Part shown: positions 59,250 to 64,000 of the stretch, piece by piece
Layout of the letters: each line of letters starts with the position of its first letter
Numbering within the stretch: the stretch's first letter is position 1
Source: Macrostomum lignano
Taxonomy: Eukaryota
Assembly: GCA_002269645.1 (NCBI GenBank)
Contig: NIVC01002662.1
Coordinates: 87,468 to 151,467, forward strand
Length of the DNA: 64,000 nt
Direction: 5' to 3'
Translations under genes and position numbers: made by a program
The notes under the pieces: model-generated
Seen by the model: the letters and a program-made list of their open reading frames with translations, nothing else
Told to the model about the DNA's origin: nothing
The model's database searches: none

Positions 59250-59472
59250 GCAACACGCGGATACGTACGCAGTCATACGCACAGGCACATATGCACTCAC
59301 ACAGAACTTTATTATCGTTAGGATGCAGTATGCCTCGGGGGTTGGCCCGCAAGGACGTTAATTGCACGAGCAGAGCCAAGCCAAGATTCCAATGTGACTG
59401 CATTTGGAATCGAGCCTGGGCCGCTGGAACATACCCCTGTGTAGCCTCCCGCTAGCAATCTGCGCCGTCTCC
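59250..59472 (-). mobile_element. SINE family 1 copy (3'-truncated)
   Basis: Minus strand CCAGGCTCGATTCCAAATGCAGTCACATT...GTGCAATTAAC...GCGTACGTATCCGCG aligns to 33830-34030. Confidence 0.75.
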
Positions 59473-59699
59473 TGTTGGGAGGCAACAATTTAAGAAAGCA
59501 ATATAATTTTTTAATCAACTACATTTTGGTTTTGACCATTTAGGTTGCTATTTGGTACGAGTAGTATCCTCAGGAAACTGATGTCTAGAGCAAAGCATCA
59601 GCTCAAAATTCAGCTATGGAGTCCAAGATGTCAGCATCACCTGTGAGCTTTGGCATCAAAGTCTACGAAGGCTTGGCAACTGAAGGACTGGAGGGGGGT

Positions 59700-59876
59700 C
59701 CCAGGACACCCCTCAATTACCCCAGCTAATGCTGGCGCCCATTTTACAGCTGGGTGAACTGAAGCAATGCAGAGTTAAGTGTCATGCTCAAGGACACAAA
59801 TTGTTCCGAGTGGGTCGAAAATCGAACCCCCGACCTTTTAGTCATGAGTCCGACGCTCTATGCAATAGGCTACACA
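59700..59876 (-). mobile_element. SINE family 2 copy: tRNA head + CORE-like domain
   Basis: Minus strand: A-box-like TAGCCTATTG, B box GGTTCGATT, then TGTGTCCTTGAGCATGACACTTAACTCTGCATTGCTTCAGTTCACCCAGCTGTAAAATGGG, resembling the recalled MIR CORE consensus. Confidence 0.7.
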
Positions 59877-60299
59877 TGCAGGCGAAGTCAAGAGCTGACC
59901 AAGAACTAATAAAGCATACTAGACAAGGACTCACAGTATCGTCAGAAGTTTTAATATGCGTGTCTAGTTTGTTTACTTTCTGATTTGAAAGTTTATCAAG
60001 GTAAAATCTTGGAGACAAGAATGTATTGAAGTCCGTAAAACCTGCACAGGCCCTCCAGGGCAATTTGTAAGATTTACGGGTTCAGCCCAAAAATGCTCAA
60101 CTTGTGGAAACAAGAATAATGAAGGAAAGCATTCATCAATGAGAAAGTGAAAATGAAAGTTCGTCAATGGTTGGTCTGACTTCTGTTCTACTGGATTTGA
60201 ACCTGAATGACTCAATCTTTGTGGTTGGTTAATTTTTCTTAAACTTAACTATAACAATATGACAGTGCTCTACGTGCAGTACACGGAATACATAGAACA

Positions 60300-60378
60300 T
60301 AGATAGAGAGATAGATAGATAGAGAGATAGATAGATAGATAGATTAGATTAGATTAGATTAATTAGATTAGATAGATT
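60300..60378. repeat. (GATA)n/(GATTA)n microsatellite
   Basis: Directly visible. Confidence 0.9.
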
Positions 60379-61211
60379 GAAATCCAGTGGAAAGCAAGTC
60401 CGCATTTCCCAGAATTGAAAAAGAGGACCGTAGCAGCCTTTTTATCCCTAGCCCTCTAGATGCACCAGTCGCTGGTCAGGCCTGGACAACTCAAACAATT
60501 CAAACAAAAGTACTTGAGAAATTTTACTTTTTCTAAAAAAGTAGAAACTTTGTGTAAGCAAAATAGATGTGCTGCCGATGCTCAGGGCTTACGTTTGTTA
60601 CTAAGTTAAGTTGACCAAATCACCAACACGCGACGGTATCGCCGGTCCATCCAAGCGGATTTTGGCGTCGTCGCGACTCCAACTGGTCTAGAAAGTGTCC
60701 CTGCTGATAACTGGGCCAGAGCTATGCCCCAGCCTCTATTCAGGACGTCCTGCTGCTGACCTTTGGGCACACCATCAAGCTCACCCTGACTGCATGACCT
60801 TAACTTGTTTAGTGGTGTTTTTGTTGTTGTGAATAAACATTGCAATATTATTGTTTCGTTTGTATACGAGTATATATAGTGAAAGACTCTATCTCAAGCC
60901 ACTAATCCGCGTTTCAGATGCGAGGAAAATTCCGTTTTGCAAAATTTATTGAATTCGCCCTGGCTTCTTTAGTTTATATTGAAATCGGTTGTTTAACAAC
61001 GGGTAGTCCATAGGCCGATAAGGAATCAGTGATTTACTTTAATCAAGACAGAACCATTACTTTGACGGGTCTTAGGAAATCCTAGGTATTGTAACTGCTG
61101 GAAATCTACATTAATGTTTCCAAAATAAAACATATCAAGTGGTTCATAGTTCATAATTCGTCTTCTCCATGCCAACACACTCCAGTCGCAGGACTCAAGC
61201 CAATTTTGCTC

Positions 61212-61998
61212 TCAGCCACGCTGGAATAGTCCAGTCGGGTCCGGTCAGGCCGGCTGGCGGGTAGGCGAACGCCAGCAGGTGGCAGGCGAGCAGCCGCTCG
61301 GAGAAAACGGCAGCCTGGCAGTCGGCTGCGGTGCTGCACCGGAGAAGGCAGTCTACGACAGAATGGACAGCGGCCGGCCAGGACGAGGTCTTGGTGCTGT
61401 TGGTCTTGACGAAGAGGCTGTTGTCCTTCTCAACCAGGTAGTAACGGTCTGAAATAAAAATTCATAAACAAGTTTTAGAGCCACGTTTTTCTGCTATCTA
61501 TTTCATAAGGTCTTGAGAAAAAATAAATAGCTGCCTCAAAAGACGAGCTAGTCGATTAAAAATTATTTTTGACCATGGATTAATCGCCCGTCACTCACAG
61601 GGGTAGGTCAGAGCGAACACCTAATTTCGAAATCGACCTCCGCATATTTGCTGCGAGTTTCCACTGCACTGTCTGTTGCAGTCGCTCTCATTGCCTTTGC
61701 CTGCGATCGATTGAGTTGCCGCAGAAGCACTCGACACCAACCTGCACCCCGAAGTACGAGAATCCGCCAGAGAGCAGGCGCTGCTGCACAGCTCGAGAGT
61801 CATGCTTGCTCTTATGTGAGGGTCGCCTGAGCGAACCTCAAACGGACCCAGCTGGGTGACTCCAGTCAGTCCGTCTAAGTCTCTGGCCTTGCCCGTGTAG
61901 TCCACGTAGCAACCCACGTAGGAGTAATTGACAGACCTGCAGGTCGCACAGGTGAGCAGAGCGCCGAGTAAAATCAAAATTCGCGATATCTGTTCCAT
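61212..61998 (-). pseudogene. Secreted WSC + PAN protein, gene H (pseudogene)
   Basis: Exon 1 61998-61599, exon 2 61448 to about 61212. Signal peptide MEQISRILILLGALLTCATC; two compensating frameshifts (about 61767 and 61700), nonsense TAG at 61621-61623 (N*VF), and a small deletion before the ancestral RG* end. PAN domain VDCLLRCSTAADCQAAVFS...ACHLL is A/B-type. Confidence 0.85.
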
Positions 61999-62043
61999 GT
62001 TGTTCTCGACTTAAAGTTTTTTATGTCAATGGAATTAGTCGGG

Positions 62044-62051
62044 TTTATATA
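62044..62051 (-). promoter_or_regulatory. TATA box of gene H
   Basis: TATATAAA on the minus strand about 46 nt upstream of the ATG. Confidence 0.45.
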
Positions 62052-63430
62052 GCTTAGTATGAAACCAGTTGGTAGTGGATAACAGATCAGCAACCAATCA
62101 CATCGGCCGCGTGCTTTCACTAGTTTTTTTTCTAGGACGAATCCGATGCAAATCGCGCACACACCAGTTGACTCAATACTGTAACAGTTATGCTACTAAC
62201 TGATACTAAATAGTAGTACTGTTGTGTCCAGATGCTCTTGGCATATATTCGGTTTCTGAGTAAGGCTGCGATTGCTAACTTTATTCGCCCAGAATGGACA
62301 AATACTGCAGCTCATTTTAGCTTCCCGATAAGACTTGTTATGAGCATAGATCTGGTATATGATCTATGTATGTACGAGTATATATGAGTGTTTTTTATGA
62401 TCTTCGGTTATGAGCCATGGCAGTTATTTCGATTGATTTTCTGCTAAGTGTTACATTCTCAATGTAAATGTTACATTCTCGCGAAAAACTTGAGCTTTTT
62501 ATTTTGAAACAGCTTGCGTCTACCTAACGTTTCTCTGGGATGATATTGGAATTAAGCGCAGATGCAACGGACTTCAATGACTATACTTCCATTGTCTAAG
62601 CGACAGAAGCTTTTACGAAGGCGCAACTTGTGAAAATGAAATTGGAATTCGCCATCACAACTGAAGACTGATTTAGCTTATTGTAATTCAAAACTTTAGC
62701 AGCTCAGTGTATATGTACAAGCCTATAACAATTTTTGGATCTATAGTTGTATGTAGTACCGGATGCGCAGTAAAGTTTGCAGAGCCACTGAAACTTCCAT
62801 TAGTTATTTTTACCATCTTGCTAGAGCTGCATTCCTAGCTGCTGCTCCGAGTACTGAGCCAGGTGAAACACGTCTTATCGCTTCTGCAAAGAAGCAAGCA
62901 CTGGCAACAGAAGTTGCAGCAGACTTCATCGCGGCACTGAATCTGCCTGAGCGAGGCCAAGCCTGATTACACAGCGACTTTGCTTACCGAAGCGAGAGAT
63001 AAAAAGCGCTTAAAATGTTTGTTAAGTCGAAATATTTGTAGCGAGACCGGCAAACTCCATCAAGCTGGATACAAAACGTTTTAAATTTTTAACAGAAAGC
63101 ATTGCGAAGCACGTACGCTCGTAGATGCTTCCCGTAGCATTTTGGCTGTTAAGGAATAATGGATCTGCGGAAGATCACCCACCATTAGGAGAGGCAGCTA
63201 TCAACACAGCATATTATTTGTACAACCATTAACTCAACTTAAAATACCTTTTAAGGCAGAAGTTTCTTTCACTATTCACTGAATAATTCTCTGTTGAATG
63301 AACCCAGGCTAAATTAACTTTTGAAAGTAAAACTTTTGCAAGCAAAAACTTTTCACAACCAATTTGCAAAATGAATTTTGTTCAAATTACCTAATTTGAA
63401 AAATCTGATTCATTCCCTTTGAATCTGCAT

Positions 63431-64000
63431 ACAACAACAACACAACAAAATACGTTGTCAATCAGTTAGCAGGCAACGTAACATGGCGCGTTTCAAGGCC
63501 TGGGCGCGAACGTAAGCCGCCCCCGGCAGTGTACGGGGCGCCAGCATCAGCCAGAAGGCAGCCAACGAAACGCCGAGTACGCGCTTGCCCTGCCGGTAGG
63601 GTGCCTGTAGCGTCAGCAGCAGCACCTCCTGCACCGGCTGTGGCAGTAGGACTCGTCGCTCGGATAAAATGGCCTACTAGCTGGAGTCGCCGACGGCGCA
63701 ACAGTTCGCTGGGACGGGACGGCCTGTGCGGCGATAGAGTGCCGCATTGGTGACTCGCTCGTAGTCGAGCTTGAAGGCGGCGCGCAGCAGGCCAGCGTGC
63801 GCCTCATCGATCTGCTGTTCGAGCGAATCCGTCAGCGTCCAGGTCTCTTGTTTTTCGTTGTACAACAAGACGATCTCAATCACCGCCTGGAACAACGCCG
63901 CCCTCTGGCGTCGGGCAGGGCCTTGGACTGCAGGACAACCTCGCGAACGTCAGGCACCAGACCGTCGAGGTAGACGAACTGCTGACAGCAGGAAGCTTCG
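63431..64000 (-). mobile_element. Decayed RTE-clade LINE 3' end (continues beyond the window)
   Basis: Minus-strand frameshifted motifs QQFVYLGG, FQAVIEIVLLY...ETWTLT, RRRRLQLVGH, GQARTR; (TTG)n tail at 63431-63448. Confidence 0.8.

Overview
Eukaryotic (animal) genomic DNA: GT-AG spliced genes, GC-rich exons and minisatellite-filled introns. This style suggests a free-living flatworm such as Macrostomum, but that is inference only. From left to right: (1) two exons of a TMEM179-like membrane protein gene (minus strand). (2) A Harbinger-type MITE and an inverted pair of Penelope-type minimal hammerhead ribozymes (4.6-5.1 kb). (3) An intact, very recent Ty3/Gypsy LTR retrotransposon (5723-11979) with identical 337-bp LTRs, GTGT TSD, a -1 frameshift signal and an in-frame 13x24-bp repeat in pol, inserted 275 bp upstream of (4). 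(4) A complete 10-exon UBE3C HECT E3 ligase gene (12255-30657, about 1093 aa). Intron 1 holds a hAT MITE, a decayed mariner and a SINE fragment; introns 2-9 are each filled by a different tandem array. (5) From 32.5 to 62 kb, a cluster of seven two-exon genes plus one orphan exon fragment. They encode small (about 210-220 aa) secreted proteins of architecture signal peptide + WSC domain + 4-Cys PAN/Apple domain; two are intact and five carry frameshifts or stops. They are interspersed with an internally deleted Mag-type LTR element, two SINE families (one CORE-like), RTE and I/R1-like LINE fragments, long palindromes and satellites. The WSC-PAN cluster, with a hypervariable WSC loop on a conserved PAN module, is the best candidate for an undescribed system. 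All homology calls rest on motif recognition and recalled family sequences; no database searches were run.
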